A DNA stretch of 42,443 nucleotides from an uncultured delta proteobacterium. GTDB taxonomy: Bacteria > Myxococcota > Myxococcia > Myxococcales > Myxococcaceae. Positions 8,504-17,665 of this stretch are shown piece by piece. The translations under genes were made by a program, and so were the position numbers. The DNA lies in the NCBI GenBank assembly GCA_963776345.1, contig CAVZMH010000005.1, positions 1 through 42,443 on the forward strand, given 5' to 3'. How positions within the stretch are numbered: the first letter of the stretch is position 1; each line of letters starts with the position of its first letter. Below the pieces are notes generated by a model. That model saw only the letters and a list, made by a program, of their open reading frames with translations, did not search any database and was not told where the DNA came from.

Positions 8504-10083
8504 CGTCGTCTCCCCGAGTGGCCCTGGCCGCTCTCCTCCTCGCCGTGGCGGCCGTGTTGCCAGGGTGCCTGGACACCAGCCAGCTCCAGTGCAATCCCGG
8601 CACGGTCCAGTGCGGCGACACCTGCGTGGCGACCGCCAACGACGACCAGAACTGCGGCGCGTGCGGCTCGGCCTGCACCGGCGGCAACGTCTGCGTGGCC
8701 AGCGCCTGCGTGTGCCCGGTGGGCCAGGGCGGGTGCAACGGCATCTGCACCCGGGTGGCCACTGACTCGAAGAACTGCGGCGCCTGCGGCGTCTCGTGTG
8801 GAGCGGGCCAAACCTGCAACCAGGGCGTGTGCCAGGACTGTCCTTCCGACGGAGGGTCCACGCCGGTCGGGTGCCGGACGGCGCTCCTCGCCGGGTGCAT
8901 CGCGACGTCGGGGGGCTTCCTCCAGCCCATCGAGGACGCGCCGGGGGGTCTCCTGCTCGCGGCGCCGGTGAACCCGTCGGGAGCGACGTTCCCCGATGCC
9001 CTGGGGGTGCTGGGCACGGCGCTGCTCTACGCCGACCACGACAGCTCGACCCTGTACGAGGTGCCCATCGGGCAGCTCTCGACGTCCAGCGCCGAGAAGC
9101 TCTCGCTGGTCGGCCCGTCCACCGGGAGCAAGGCCGGGACGACCCAGCTCCTCGTCGAGTCGGCGGACGGGGGCTCGGGGAGCCGCATCTACGCGATGAA
9201 CAGCCTGGTCAACGCGCTGCGCATCTTCGACGGCCCGCCCCCGGGGAATGCCGGACAGCTGCTGAACCAGGGAGCGGGCGCGCTGGGCCTGGTGGCGAAG
9301 GGCGGCGCGGCGTTCGACCCCGGGAGCTACCCCGGGTCGTTCGCCAAGCTCGGCACCGACGTCTTCGTCCCGCTCAACGGCACCGGGAAGGTGGTCCGGG
9401 TGAACGTGAGCGACCCGGCGAACGCGCAGGTGAAGGACACCTACGACCTCCAGCCGCTGATCGCCGCGCTCCCGGGCGGCGGGGTGGCACCGGACGGCGG
9501 CCCGTTCACCCCCTCGCCCACCCAGGCCATCGCCCGGAACGGCGTGGTGTACGTGGCCGCCAACGTGCTTCGCTACTTCGCCGACTTCAGCGGAGCCGAC
9601 TTCGGCCCGCCGCTGGTGGTGCGCATCGACCCCGCCAAGGTCGGACAGGCGGCGCTCTCGGCGGTGCACGGCTTCGCGGGGGATGCCGGCACCTGCCAGA
9701 ACGTCGAGTGGCTCTCCACGCTCCAGCTCGGCTCGGCGGCCACCCCCATGCTGGTGAGCTGCGCCGGGGCGCGCACCTACGACCCGACGACCTTCGACGT
9801 CACCTCGGTCCAGAACACCGCGCTGCTCCTGCTGGACGGCACGGACCAGCAGATCGCCGCCTGGGTCCCGAGCTCCGCGTCCGGGCAGCCGCCTCCGAGC
9901 GTGGGCCGCGCGGTGGCCCAGAACACCAGCGTCTACGTCGCCGACGAGACCGCCGGGCGGCTCTACGTCATCGACTACGCGACCAACGGCTTCGTGGAGC
10001 GGGTGGGCTACGTGGATGGCGGGACCCCCGCGGCGGCCTGCCCGTCGTACATCACCGACCTCGCGGTGGTGCCCGCGCCGTGA
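8500..10083 (+). CDS. Lipoprotein with Cys-rich repeats (MXAN_6577/Stig1-like) and a probable beta-propeller C-terminus
   Basis: ATGA overlap with btuB; lipobox 'AVLPGC'; two 'D..NCGACG..C..G..C....C' repeats; beta-rich C-terminus ('LLYAD', 'VFVPL', 'VYVAA', 'VYVADETAGRLYVID'). Confidence 0.8.
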   Translation: MTSSPRVALAALLLAVAAVLPGCLDTSQLQCNPGTVQCGDTCVATANDDQNCGACGSACTGGNVCVASACVCPVGQGGCNGICTRVATDSKNCGACGVSCGAGQTCNQGVCQDCPSDGGSTPVGCRTALLAGCIATSGGFLQPIEDAPGGLLLAAPVNPSGATFPDALGVLGTALLYADHDSSTLYEVPIGQLSTSSAEKLSLVGPSTGSKAGTTQLLVESADGGSGSRIYAMNSLVNALRIFDGPPPGNAGQLLNQGAGALGLVAKGGAAFDPGSYPGSFAKLGTDVFVPLNGTGKVVRVNVSDPANAQVKDTYDLQPLIAALPGGGVAPDGGPFTPSPTQAIARNGVVYVAANVLRYFADFSGADFGPPLVVRIDPAKVGQAALSAVHGFAGDAGTCQNVEWLSTLQLGSAATPMLVSCAGARTYDPTTFDVTSVQNTALLLLDGTDQQIAAWVPSSASGQPPPSVGRAVAQNTSVYVADETAGRLYVIDYATNGFVERVGYVDGGTPAAACPSYITDLAVVPAP

Positions 10084-10913
10084 TCGCCGCCCTCCTCTCG
10101 GTCGCCCTGCTCGGGGCCGGCGCGGACCCCGGTCCGCTCCGGATGCTCGGGCCGGCGCCGAGGGGAGAGGCGCGCCGGGTGGTGACGCTCGCCCCGTCGC
10201 TCACCGACGTGGTCCTTGCCCTCGGGGCGGCGGACCGCCTGGTGGGCGTGTCCCGCTTCGACGAGCGTCCCGAGGTCTCGCGGCTGCCGCGGGTGGGCGG
10301 CTTCGTCGACCCGAGCGTGGAGGCGGTGATGGCGCTCCACCCGGACCTGGTCCTCGCCCAGCCCGGCCCCGGGAACCGCCGGGCGGTGGAGACCATCGCC
10401 GAGCTCGGGGCGCCGGTCCTCCTCCTGCCGCTGGGGACGGTGGCCGACGTGCTCGCCGCCGAGCGCGCCGCGGGCAAGGCGCTGGGACGGGCCGAGCAGG
10501 GCGAGGCGCTGGCCCGGGAGCTCGAGTCGACCCGCGCGCGCATCCGGGAGCGGGCGCGGGTCCGGTCACCGGTGCGGGTGCTGCTGGTCTACGGCTTCGA
10601 GCCGCTGGTGGTGGCCGGCCCGGGCGGCTTCGCCGACGAGCTGCTGACCGACGCCGGGGCGGTGAACGTCGCCGCCGACGCGGCGAGCCCGTACCCGGTC
10701 TACTCGGTGGAGCGGGCGCTCCGGAGCCGGCCGGAGGTCATCCTCGACGCAGCCGACACGGCGGCGGGGCGGGACCGGCTCCGCGCGCTGCCCGGCCTCC
10801 GGGAGGCCCGCTGGGCCGACGTGCCCGGGCAGGCGCTCCTCCACCCGGGCCCGGCGCTCGGGCGAGGCCTGGAGCAGCTCTTCCAGCTCCTGCACCCGGA
10901 GGCGGCGCCATGA
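10080..10913 (+). CDS. btuF: Periplasmic cobalamin-binding protein (helical backbone metal receptor)
   Basis: 'RRVVTLAPSLTDVVLALGAADRLVGVSRFD...PSVEAVMALHPDLVL'; GTGA overlap with the upstream gene. Confidence 0.88.
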   Translation: MIAALLSVALLGAGADPGPLRMLGPAPRGEARRVVTLAPSLTDVVLALGAADRLVGVSRFDERPEVSRLPRVGGFVDPSVEAVMALHPDLVLAQPGPGNRRAVETIAELGAPVLLLPLGTVADVLAAERAAGKALGRAEQGEALARELESTRARIRERARVRSPVRVLLVYGFEPLVVAGPGGFADELLTDAGAVNVAADAASPYPVYSVERALRSRPEVILDAADTAAGRDRLRALPGLREARWADVPGQALLHPGPALGRGLEQLFQLLHPEAAP

Positions 10914-11950
10914 CCACGTTGGCCGAGCCGCTGGCGGTCGACACCGGGCGCGTCACGGCGGCGGTGCGCTTCACGCCCGCCCGGGCGACCCTCGTCCTCG
11001 GGGGCTTGCTCCTGCTCGCGGTGGCGGCGGTCGGCGCCTCGGTGCTGCTGGGCGAGTACCCGGTGCACCTCCTCCGCGCGCTGGCCGAGCCCGCGTCCGC
11101 GGACGGCCGGGTGCTCTTCGGGCTGCGCATCCCCCGCGCGGTGCTCGGGGCCCTGGTGGGCGCCTCGCTCGCGGCGAGCGGCAGCGCGCTCCAGGCGCTG
11201 CTCCGGAACCCGCTCGCCGACCCGTTCGTGCTGGGAGTCTCGGGCGGCGCCGCGCTCGGGGCGACGCTGGCGCTCGCGCTCGGGCTCCAGGCGCTGGCCG
11301 GGCCGTCGCTCTTCGCCTTCCTGGGGGCGGTGGCGGCGATGGCGCTGGTCCTCGCCGCGGGGCGGGCGCGGAGCTCGCCCTACGCCGCGCTGCTCACCGG
11401 GGTGGTGTTCAACGCCTTCGCCGCGGCGGTCATCACCTGCATCAAGACGTTGCTCACGCCGGACCGGCTCGGCGAGGTGCTCTACTGGCTCGCCGGGAGC
11501 CTGGGCTACGAGCGGCCCCGGACGCTTCTCCTCGGTGGAGCGCTGCAGCTCGTCGCCCTCGGCGTGCTCTGGGCCGAGTCCGCCCGGCTCAACCTCCTCT
11601 CGCTGGGCGACGAGGAGGCCGCCTCGCTGGGGGTGCCGGTGCGAAGGACGCGGGCGCTGGTGCTGCTCGCGGCCTCGCTGAGCGTCGCCGGAGCGGTGGC
11701 GCTCGCCGGCCTGGTGGGCTTCGTCGGGCTCATCGTGCCGCACCTGTTGCGCCTGTGGCTCGGACCGGACCAGCGGCTGCTGGTGCCGGCGAGCGCGCTC
11801 GGCGGCGCGGCGTTCCTGGTGCTGGCCGACGCCGTGACGCGGGTGCTGTTCCCCGTCTTCCACGCCGAGCCGCCGGTCGGTGTGGTGACGGCGGTGCTCG
11901 GGGGACCCCTCTTCGTCTGGCTGCTCAACCGGCGGGAGCAACCGGCATGA
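10910..11950 (+). CDS. btuC: FecCD/BtuC-family ABC permease
   Basis: 'LRIPRAVLGALVGASLAASG..LQALLRNPLADPFVLGVSGGA', EAA loop 'GDEEAASLGV', 'GFVGLIVPH'. Confidence 0.93.
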   Translation: MTTLAEPLAVDTGRVTAAVRFTPARATLVLGGLLLLAVAAVGASVLLGEYPVHLLRALAEPASADGRVLFGLRIPRAVLGALVGASLAASGSALQALLRNPLADPFVLGVSGGAALGATLALALGLQALAGPSLFAFLGAVAAMALVLAAGRARSSPYAALLTGVVFNAFAAAVITCIKTLLTPDRLGEVLYWLAGSLGYERPRTLLLGGALQLVALGVLWAESARLNLLSLGDEEAASLGVPVRRTRALVLLAASLSVAGAVALAGLVGFVGLIVPHLLRLWLGPDQRLLVPASALGGAAFLVLADAVTRVLFPVFHAEPPVGVVTAVLGGPLFVWLLNRREQPA

Positions 11951-12729
11951 CCGCGCCCGTGCTCCGGACCGCGGCGCTCGCCGTGGGGTACGGCGCCTGT
12001 CCGGTGGTCTCGGAGGTGTCGCTCTCGGTCGCCCCGGGGACGCTGTGGGCGGTGCTGGGCCCGAACGGCTCGGGGAAGAGCACGCTCCTCCGCACGGTGC
12101 TGGGGTTGCTCCGGCCGCTCGGCGGCGAGGTGACCCTCTTCGGGACTACCCTGGCGCGCTGGGAGCGGCGCGCGCTCGCCCGGCGCGTGGCATGGGTGCC
12201 GCAGGCGTTCGACGGCGACGGGGGCTTCACCGGGCTCGAGCTGGTGCTGATGGGCCGGGCCCCGCACCAGGGCGGGTGGGGCCTCCCCGGGCCGAGGGAC
12301 CTCGCGGTGGCCCGGGCGGCGCTGGTGGAGCTCGGGATCGCCCACCTCGCGGGCCGGGTGGTGTCGCAGCTGTCCGGAGGCGAGCGTCGGCTCCTGCTCG
12401 TCGCCCGGGCGCTGGCCCAGGAGCCGGAGCTGCTCCTCCTCGACGAGCCCACGGCGTTCCTCGATCTGCAGCACCAGGCCCAGGTCCTCGAGCGCGTGCG
12501 CGCGCGGGTCCGCGGGGGGCTGGCGGCCATCGCCGTGCTGCACGACCCGAACCTCGCCGCCGCCTTCGCCGACTCCGTGCTGCTGCTCCGCGACGGTCGG
12601 GTGCTCGGCCAGGGCCCGTCGGCCGAGCTGCTCGACGCGGACCGCCTGGGGCGCCTCTACGGGCTCGGGCTCGCCGAGGCGCGGACCGAGGCCGGACACC
12701 GGCTCTTCGCCCCCCGGGGGACGCCGTGA
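11947..12729 (+). CDS. btuD: ABC transporter ATP-binding protein (BtuD/FepC-like)
   Basis: Walker A GPNGSGKST, signature LSGGE, Walker B LLLLDEPT, H-loop VLHD. Confidence 0.93.
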   Translation: MTAPVLRTAALAVGYGACPVVSEVSLSVAPGTLWAVLGPNGSGKSTLLRTVLGLLRPLGGEVTLFGTTLARWERRALARRVAWVPQAFDGDGGFTGLELVLMGRAPHQGGWGLPGPRDLAVARAALVELGIAHLAGRVVSQLSGGERRLLLVARALAQEPELLLLDEPTAFLDLQHQAQVLERVRARVRGGLAAIAVLHDPNLAAAFADSVLLLRDGRVLGQGPSAELLDADRLGRLYGLGLAEARTEAGHRLFAPRGTP

Positions 12730-13609
12730 CGGCCCCGCGCCTCTCCCGGGCCCTCGTCGGCTCGGCCGCGGTGCACCTCGCGCTGCTCGCCGCGCTGCTT
12801 GCGCTCGCCCGTCCTCACCGGTCGCCGTCGGAGTCGCCGATGCGCGTGTCGCTGGTGGGCCCCGCGGTGGCGCTCGCAGGGTCGCCCGGGAGGATGCCGT
12901 CAGCGCCCGCGCTCGGCGTGCCGCAGGCGGCGACGTCCGCGGCCCGGGCCCAGGAGGTGGCGGCGCGACCGACTCCACCCCGCACACCGCCGCATGCCGC
13001 GCGCCGGAGCGAGCCGCAGGCCGACCGCGAGGGGAGCGCCAATCCAGAGGGCAGGGCCACGGCCCTCGTCACGCCGGTCCAGTCGGACCTCTGGATGCTC
13101 GCGGCCGCGGGCCCCACGCCCGAGGAGCCCGCGGCCGACGCGCCGCCGCGGTCGGAGCCGGCCGTTCCGGTCGCTGGCCCAGCGGCAGGAAGCACGGAGC
13201 GCGGCGTCGGGAAACGCCGGCGGCCCCGGCGCAGGGCCCACCACCACGGCGCCCGGGGCCGGTCGGGAGGCCGAGGGTCTGGGTCCAGGCGGTCAGGGCA
13301 CGGCGACCGGAACGGGCGCCCCGAGCGCCGGCGTCGTTGCTGGCCGCGCTCTCGCAGAGGCTGGCGTGGTCCGCCGAGCGCTGCGCCCCGGCCGCCCTCG
13401 TCCGCCTCGCGCGGCGCGCCGTTCCCGGCGTCCCGCTGCACTTCTGCCTCGACGCCGAAGGGCGACCGAGCGGCGTGGGCCTGCTCGGGACGACGGGCTC
13501 GGAACAGCTGGACCGCGCCGCGCGCGACTGCGTGGTGCCGGGCGCGCTGCCGCTCCCGCCCGCTCCGGGCTGCTACACCGTCGAGGTGCGCTTCCCCATC
13601 CGCGGATGA
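12726..13609 (+). CDS. tonB: TonB energy transducer with two apparent +1 frameshifts (about 13210 and 13320)
   Basis: N-terminal TM 'SAAVHLALL' (SxxxH motif), Pro/Ala/Gly linker, TonB_C 'HFCLDAEGRPSGVGLLGTTGSEQLDRAA...VEVRF' in another frame; span 884 = 3n+2. Confidence 0.75.
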
Positions 13610-13626
13610 CCTGAGCGAGGTGCCGG

Positions 13627-14106
13627 CTACGGCTGCGCCATCTTCGACTTGCCGGGACCGCCGGCCCCGGGCGCCGCGTCCCAGCTCGGGCCCATGTCGG
13701 CGCCGTTGATGAAGTAGTGGTCGCTCGGCCGGAACACCCGCCCACCGCGCTGGGCGTTGCGCATCTCGGGCTCGTCCAGGTCCGCGGTAGGTGCGGTCGA
13801 GCCGCGTCCCGGCGCCGACTCGGCGACGCCCATGCGGAACAGGCCCGTGCCGGCGGAAGGTTCCTCGATGTCGGCGGGGGCTTCCCGCTCCTGGTCGTCG
13901 TTGGTGTCGGAGTTGACGCCGCCCGTCCCGTTGCGCTGAAAGCGCCCCTGGCCCGTCCCGCCCATGTCGATGCCCGACCAGGCCATCTCGCGGGAGCGAG
14001 TGGTCACCGGCTGGACGTCTCGCGGAGGAGGGGGTTCCTTGTACTGGTCACATGCCGCGACGATGGCGGCGGCGAAGACCACGACCCAACGGTGCATCGT
14101 TCCCAT
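13627..14106 (-). CDS. Hypothetical lipoprotein, largely low-complexity
   Basis: Lipobox 'AAAIVAAC', purine-rich upstream sequence, GC3-biased codons. Confidence 0.7.
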   Translation of the reverse strand: MGTMHRWVVVFAAAIVAACDQYKEPPPPRDVQPVTTRSREMAWSGIDMGGTGQGRFQRNGTGGVNSDTNDDQEREAPADIEEPSAGTGLFRMGVAESAPGRGSTAPTADLDEPEMRNAQRGGRVFRPSDHYFINGADMGPSWDAAPGAGGPGKSKMAQP

Positions 14107-14239
14107 CCTGTGCAGTGGCTCCCCTGGCGTCTCCGGTCGGCTCTCCTAGCCGGTCCCGGGGCGCTTGGCCACAGCCAGCAGCGACCCCGGCCTCCAAGGG
14201 GGCCGATCCCGGGCATGAGGGCCCGGTGACCTGGGAGTC

Positions 14240-14713
14240 CTAGGCGGCGCAGCGCGCGCAGCGGCCGCGCACGTGGATCTCCGCCGAGTGGCGAGCGGGG
14301 ACGGCCGCGGACAGCGTCACGGCGTCGACGGGGAGGCACTCCAGCACGCCGCACTCGGTGCAGCTGAAGTGCGGGTGGTTCTGCTCGTGCCGGCGGGCGT
14401 CCTGACCGCGGAGGTCGAACCGCCAGACGTGGTCGCCGAGGTCACGCCGGTGCGCCAGGCCCCGCTCGGTGAGGTCCATCAGGATGCGGTAGACGGTGGT
14501 CCGGTCCATCCCGTCCTCGGGAAGCAGCGCCACCATCTCCGGATGGCTGATGGGCCGGGCGGCCTTCTGGAGCGCCTCGTACACCCGGAGCCGCTGCTCG
14601 GTGACCCGGAGCCCGGCATCTCGCAGCGCCCGCCGCGCATCCGTGCCGCGGGCCGTCGTGGCCGGCGCGTGCTCTCCATTCGTCCAGGACACTGCGCCCT
14701 CGGGGCTGGCCAT
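14240..14713 (-). CDS. Fur-family transcriptional regulator (Fur/Zur/PerR type)
   Basis: 'GLRVTEQR', 'DRTTVYRIL', 'HPHFSCTECG' and C-terminal 'GRCARC'; GGAGGAG RBS before ATG 14713. Confidence 0.92.
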   Translation of the reverse strand: MASPEGAVSWTNGEHAPATTARGTDARRALRDAGLRVTEQRLRVYEALQKAARPISHPEMVALLPEDGMDRTTVYRILMDLTERGLAHRRDLGDHVWRFDLRGQDARRHEQNHPHFSCTECGVLECLPVDAVTLSAAVPARHSAEIHVRGRCARCAA

Positions 14714-14770
14714 GGGTGCTCCTCCCTTGTTGACCCCGGCAGGCCGGGGGCGTTCAGGCCTGTTGCCAGA

Positions 14771-14786
14771 AGCAAGGGAGTCGCCA
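14771..14786 (-). promoter_or_regulatory. Putative sigma54 promoter of the Fur-family gene
   Basis: Minus strand TGGCGACTCCCTTGCT has GG-N10-GC spacing with an intact TTGC, inside an AT-enriched intergenic region. Confidence 0.6.
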
Positions 14787-14886
14787 AACGTAGGAGGAGT
14801 GATTCCAGGCACTTGAAAGCAGCGGACTGCTCAAAGTTCAAGCGATTGGAAGTGACTGATGCAAGCGAATCACATTTGAAGGGCGG

Positions 14887-15231
14887 CTAGCCCATCGGCC
14901 CCTTGAGCTGCCGGCCACCCAGTAGGTGAAGGTGCAAATGGAACACGTTCTGGCAGGCGTGCGGCCCGTTGTTCATGACCAGACGGTAGCCGGACTCGGC
15001 GATGCCCCGCTCCGCCGCCACCCGCGCCGCGGCCAGCACCAGGTGGCCGACCAGCTCCCGGTCCTCGGGGGTGACGGCGTTGTTGGAGGGGATGTGCTGG
15101 AGCGGGACGAAGAGCACGTGGACCGGGGCCTGCGGACTGATGTCGTCGAAGGCGATGCATCGGTCGTCGCGCATCACCAGCTTGGCCGGGATCTGCCCGT
15201 CTCGAATCTTGCAGAACACGCAATCGGACAT
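14887..15231 (-). CDS. hinT: Histidine triad nucleotide-binding protein (HIT/HinT)
   Basis: 'DCVFCKI', 'DISPQAPVHVL', 'FHLHLHLLGGR'. Confidence 0.95.
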   Translation of the reverse strand: MSDCVFCKIRDGQIPAKLVMRDDRCIAFDDISPQAPVHVLFVPLQHIPSNNAVTPEDRELVGHLVLAAARVAAERGIAESGYRLVMNNGPHACQNVFHLHLHLLGGRQLKGPMG

Positions 15232-15346
15232 GGCCCTGCACTCTATGCCGGGGCTCCAATGACGGAAGCGGCTCCTCACGTAACTCATCGCGGCATCGTC
15301 ACGTACTCGCCCGGGCCGAACATCCACGGCCCCGGGAGACCTCACG

Positions 15347-15499
15347 ATGGTGGGTGGCGGATGGGTGCTGCTCGTGCTGACCCTGGCCGCTCCGGCCCGG
15401 GCCGAGCGTCTGGAGGGCGGCTGGACCGACGACCTCGACCTCTCGGCGGGCTTCGGCGGCCGGCTCCGGCTGGGCGCGGGGCCGCGGCTGCTCGGATGA
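15347..15499 (+). CDS. 50-aa ORF with signal peptide (small protein or deletion remnant)
   Basis: GGAGA RBS; MVGGGWVLLVLTLAAPARA-ERLEGGWTDDLDLSAGFGGRLRLGAGPRLLG*; stop overlaps the yceI-like start (ATGA). Too short for the supplied ORF track. Confidence 0.55.
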   Translation: MVGGGWVLLVLTLAAPARAERLEGGWTDDLDLSAGFGGRLRLGAGPRLLG

Positions 15500-16176
15500 G
15501 CGCGGCCCGATGGCTCGCGCTGACCGCGCTTCTGCCGGCGCTGGCGCTCGCCGAGCCTCGGACGTACCGCGTGGCCGCGCCGGTCGAGGGGAGCAAGGCC
15601 GAGGCGGTGGTGGTCTACAGCCTCGGCACGCACACCCAGACCGCACAGGAGATCCGCGGCGAGGTGACGCTGGACCCCACGACGCTCGCCTCGGCCACGG
15701 GCGCGGTGGCAGTGCCCATCGCCGGCATCCGCGGCGACGGCGGAACGCGCGACTGCCACATGCGCGAGGCGCTGGGACTGGACTACGCCGCCGGAGGCCG
15801 CTTCCCGAAGGAGCATGTCTGCGATGGACAGGACCGGCTCCCGGCGAGCGGCCCCGAGTCGGTGGCGTTCCCGGACATCCGCCTCGAGGTCCTCGGGGCC
15901 CGGCCCCTCGACGAGCTGGCCCTGCTCGAGGCCGGGAAGCCCGTCCGGGTGGAGCTGGACGTCCGCTGGACGCTCCACGGGGTGACGCGGCCGTCGCGAG
16001 AGCTGGTCCGGGTGCTGCGCGATGGTCCCGGCCTGCACGTCCGTGGCCGCGCGACGGTGGTGCTCGCCGACCACGGGGTGGTGGTGAAGCCGACGAAGGT
16101 GCTGTTCGCCGAGGTCAAGATCGGCGACGCGGTCACCCTCACCTACGACCTGAAGCTCGTGCCGTCCTCGCCCTGA
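15496..16176 (+). CDS. YceI-family lipid/polyisoprenoid-binding secreted protein
   Basis: Signal peptide; 'RDCHMRE', 'FPDIRLEV', 'WTLHGVTRP', 'LADHGV'. Confidence 0.82.
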   Translation: MSAARWLALTALLPALALAEPRTYRVAAPVEGSKAEAVVVYSLGTHTQTAQEIRGEVTLDPTTLASATGAVAVPIAGIRGDGGTRDCHMREALGLDYAAGGRFPKEHVCDGQDRLPASGPESVAFPDIRLEVLGARPLDELALLEAGKPVRVELDVRWTLHGVTRPSRELVRVLRDGPGLHVRGRATVVLADHGVVVKPTKVLFAEVKIGDAVTLTYDLKLVPSSP

Positions 16177-16213
16177 GCCAGGGCCCAGCAGGACCTCGAG
16201 CCGTCGCGACGGC

Positions 16214-17665
16214 TCAGGGAAGGTCCGGCCGGTACGACGGGTCGGGCACGCAGGGCCCGTCGAACAGCCTCGCCAGCACCACCGGGCCGTCCCGGGCCAG
16301 CACAGCCTGGGGCGGCACCACCGACGCCGCGGTGAGCACCACGTCGTAGTGGCGCGAGGTCCGCGGCGGGCCGAGGTGCGAGTACATCGGCGCGTCCCGA
16401 TGGAAGTACGTGTACCCCCCGGTCCAGGCGATGTGCGTCGCCTCGACCTTCAGGCCGCACAACCGAGGGAGCTCGCTGGCCACGAGCAGGAGTCGGTTCA
16501 CCGGGCCGAAGTCGTCGTAGGCGCTCACCCGGTCCCGCTGGCCGTCGTAGGCCCCGAGGTCGCCGAAGGTCAGGGTGTGGAACCGCGCGGCGGACACCAC
16601 GGCGGCGACCAGGGCGATGCCGACCGCGAGGCGCCGGTCGACCCGCGTCGCGGCGACCGCCAGCCCCACCCCGGCGAGCGCCATGGCCGCTGGCAGCACC
16701 GGCAGGATGAAGCGGAACTCCTTGTGCGGGATGGCGCTGTGCACCAGGAGGAAGAGCCCCACCGCGGCCCCCAGCGCCGGCGCGCGCCGGAGCCCGAGCA
16801 CCGCCGCGGCGAGCAGGACCGCGGTGACGGCCGGCATCGAGGTCCACAGGACGCGGAGGTAGTAGCCGGGCGGCGAGGCGCCGAAGAGCGCGCCCTTGCC
16901 CTGCACCCAGTTGTAGCGCCAGTAGGCCAGGGCCGAGTGGAACCAGCCGCCCCAGGTCAGCCGGTCGAGGAGCCCGAGGACCAGCGCCCAGCCGAGGAGC
17001 ATGGCCGTCACCTCGGCCGCCTCCCGCCACCGACGGCGCGCCGCCCACGCCCCGACAAGCGCCACGCAGAGCAGCGAATTCTGAAGTCGGAGCAGCACCG
17101 CGAGGCCGAGCAGCGAGGCGCCGAGGAGCCGCTCGCGCCGGCTCGCTCCGGAGGGCAGCGCCCAGGCGAGGCCGAGGGTGACCGGGAAAGCCGAGAGCGG
17201 CTCGGAGAGCCCCCGCGGGGCGAAGTAGATGGCCGGGGCGGCCAGCGCCCAGAGCGCTCCGGCGGCCGCCGACTCGAGCGGGCCAGCGCCCATCCGGCGG
17301 GCGAGCCGCGCGGTCGCCCACCCGGTCAGCACCCCCACCGCGGCGAAGGCCAGCTTGGCGGCCGGAACGTAGAAGGCCGGTCGGGAGAGGCCGAGCCCGC
17401 GGAACAGCTCGAGCAGGCCGGCCACCAGGCCCGGGAGCGCCCAGGTCCGCAGGCCCTCGCGGAACTCGAGCGGCACCCAGCCGCGGCCCCAGACCAGCCG
17501 GTGCGCCGGCTCGAGCGACTGGTAGATCTCGTCCGGCCAGGCGATGCCCTGGTCGGTCAACGCCAGCCAGCCGCGCAGCGCCGCCCCGGCCGCCAGTGCC
17601 GCGAGCAAGAGCCACCGCGCCTGCCTCGTGTCGTCGGCCGTGTCAGCTGGAGCGTCGGGCGGCAC
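16214..17665 (-). CDS. GT22-like (PIG-B/Alg9-type) multi-TM mannosyltransferase
   Basis: 'WPDEIYQSLEPAHRLVWGRGWVPLEFREGLRTW' and 'HSAIPHKEFRFILP', many TM segments. Start uncertain (GTG 17665). Confidence 0.8.
   Translation of the reverse strand: MPPDAPADTADDTRQARWLLLAALAAGAALRGWLALTDQGIAWPDEIYQSLEPAHRLVWGRGWVPLEFREGLRTWALPGLVAGLLELFRGLGLSRPAFYVPAAKLAFAAVGVLTGWATARLARRMGAGPLESAAAGALWALAAPAIYFAPRGLSEPLSAFPVTLGLAWALPSGASRRERLLGASLLGLAVLLRLQNSLLCVALVGAWAARRRWREAAEVTAMLLGWALVLGLLDRLTWGGWFHSALAYWRYNWVQGKGALFGASPPGYYLRVLWTSMPAVTAVLLAAAVLGLRRAPALGAAVGLFLLVHSAIPHKEFRFILPVLPAAMALAGVGLAVAATRVDRRLAVGIALVAAVVSAARFHTLTFGDLGAYDGQRDRVSAYDDFGPVNRLLLVASELPRLCGLKVEATHIAWTGGYTYFHRDAPMYSHLGPPRTSRHYDVVLTAASVVPPQAVLARDGPVVLARLFDGPCVPDPSYRPDLP

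Noticed and set aside
8590..8840. NCGACG repeats as a multiheme or Fe-S protein, or a CRISPR-like array
   Set aside because: No CxxCH motifs; the repeats are in-frame protein repeats in an exported lipoprotein, with no repeat-spacer structure.
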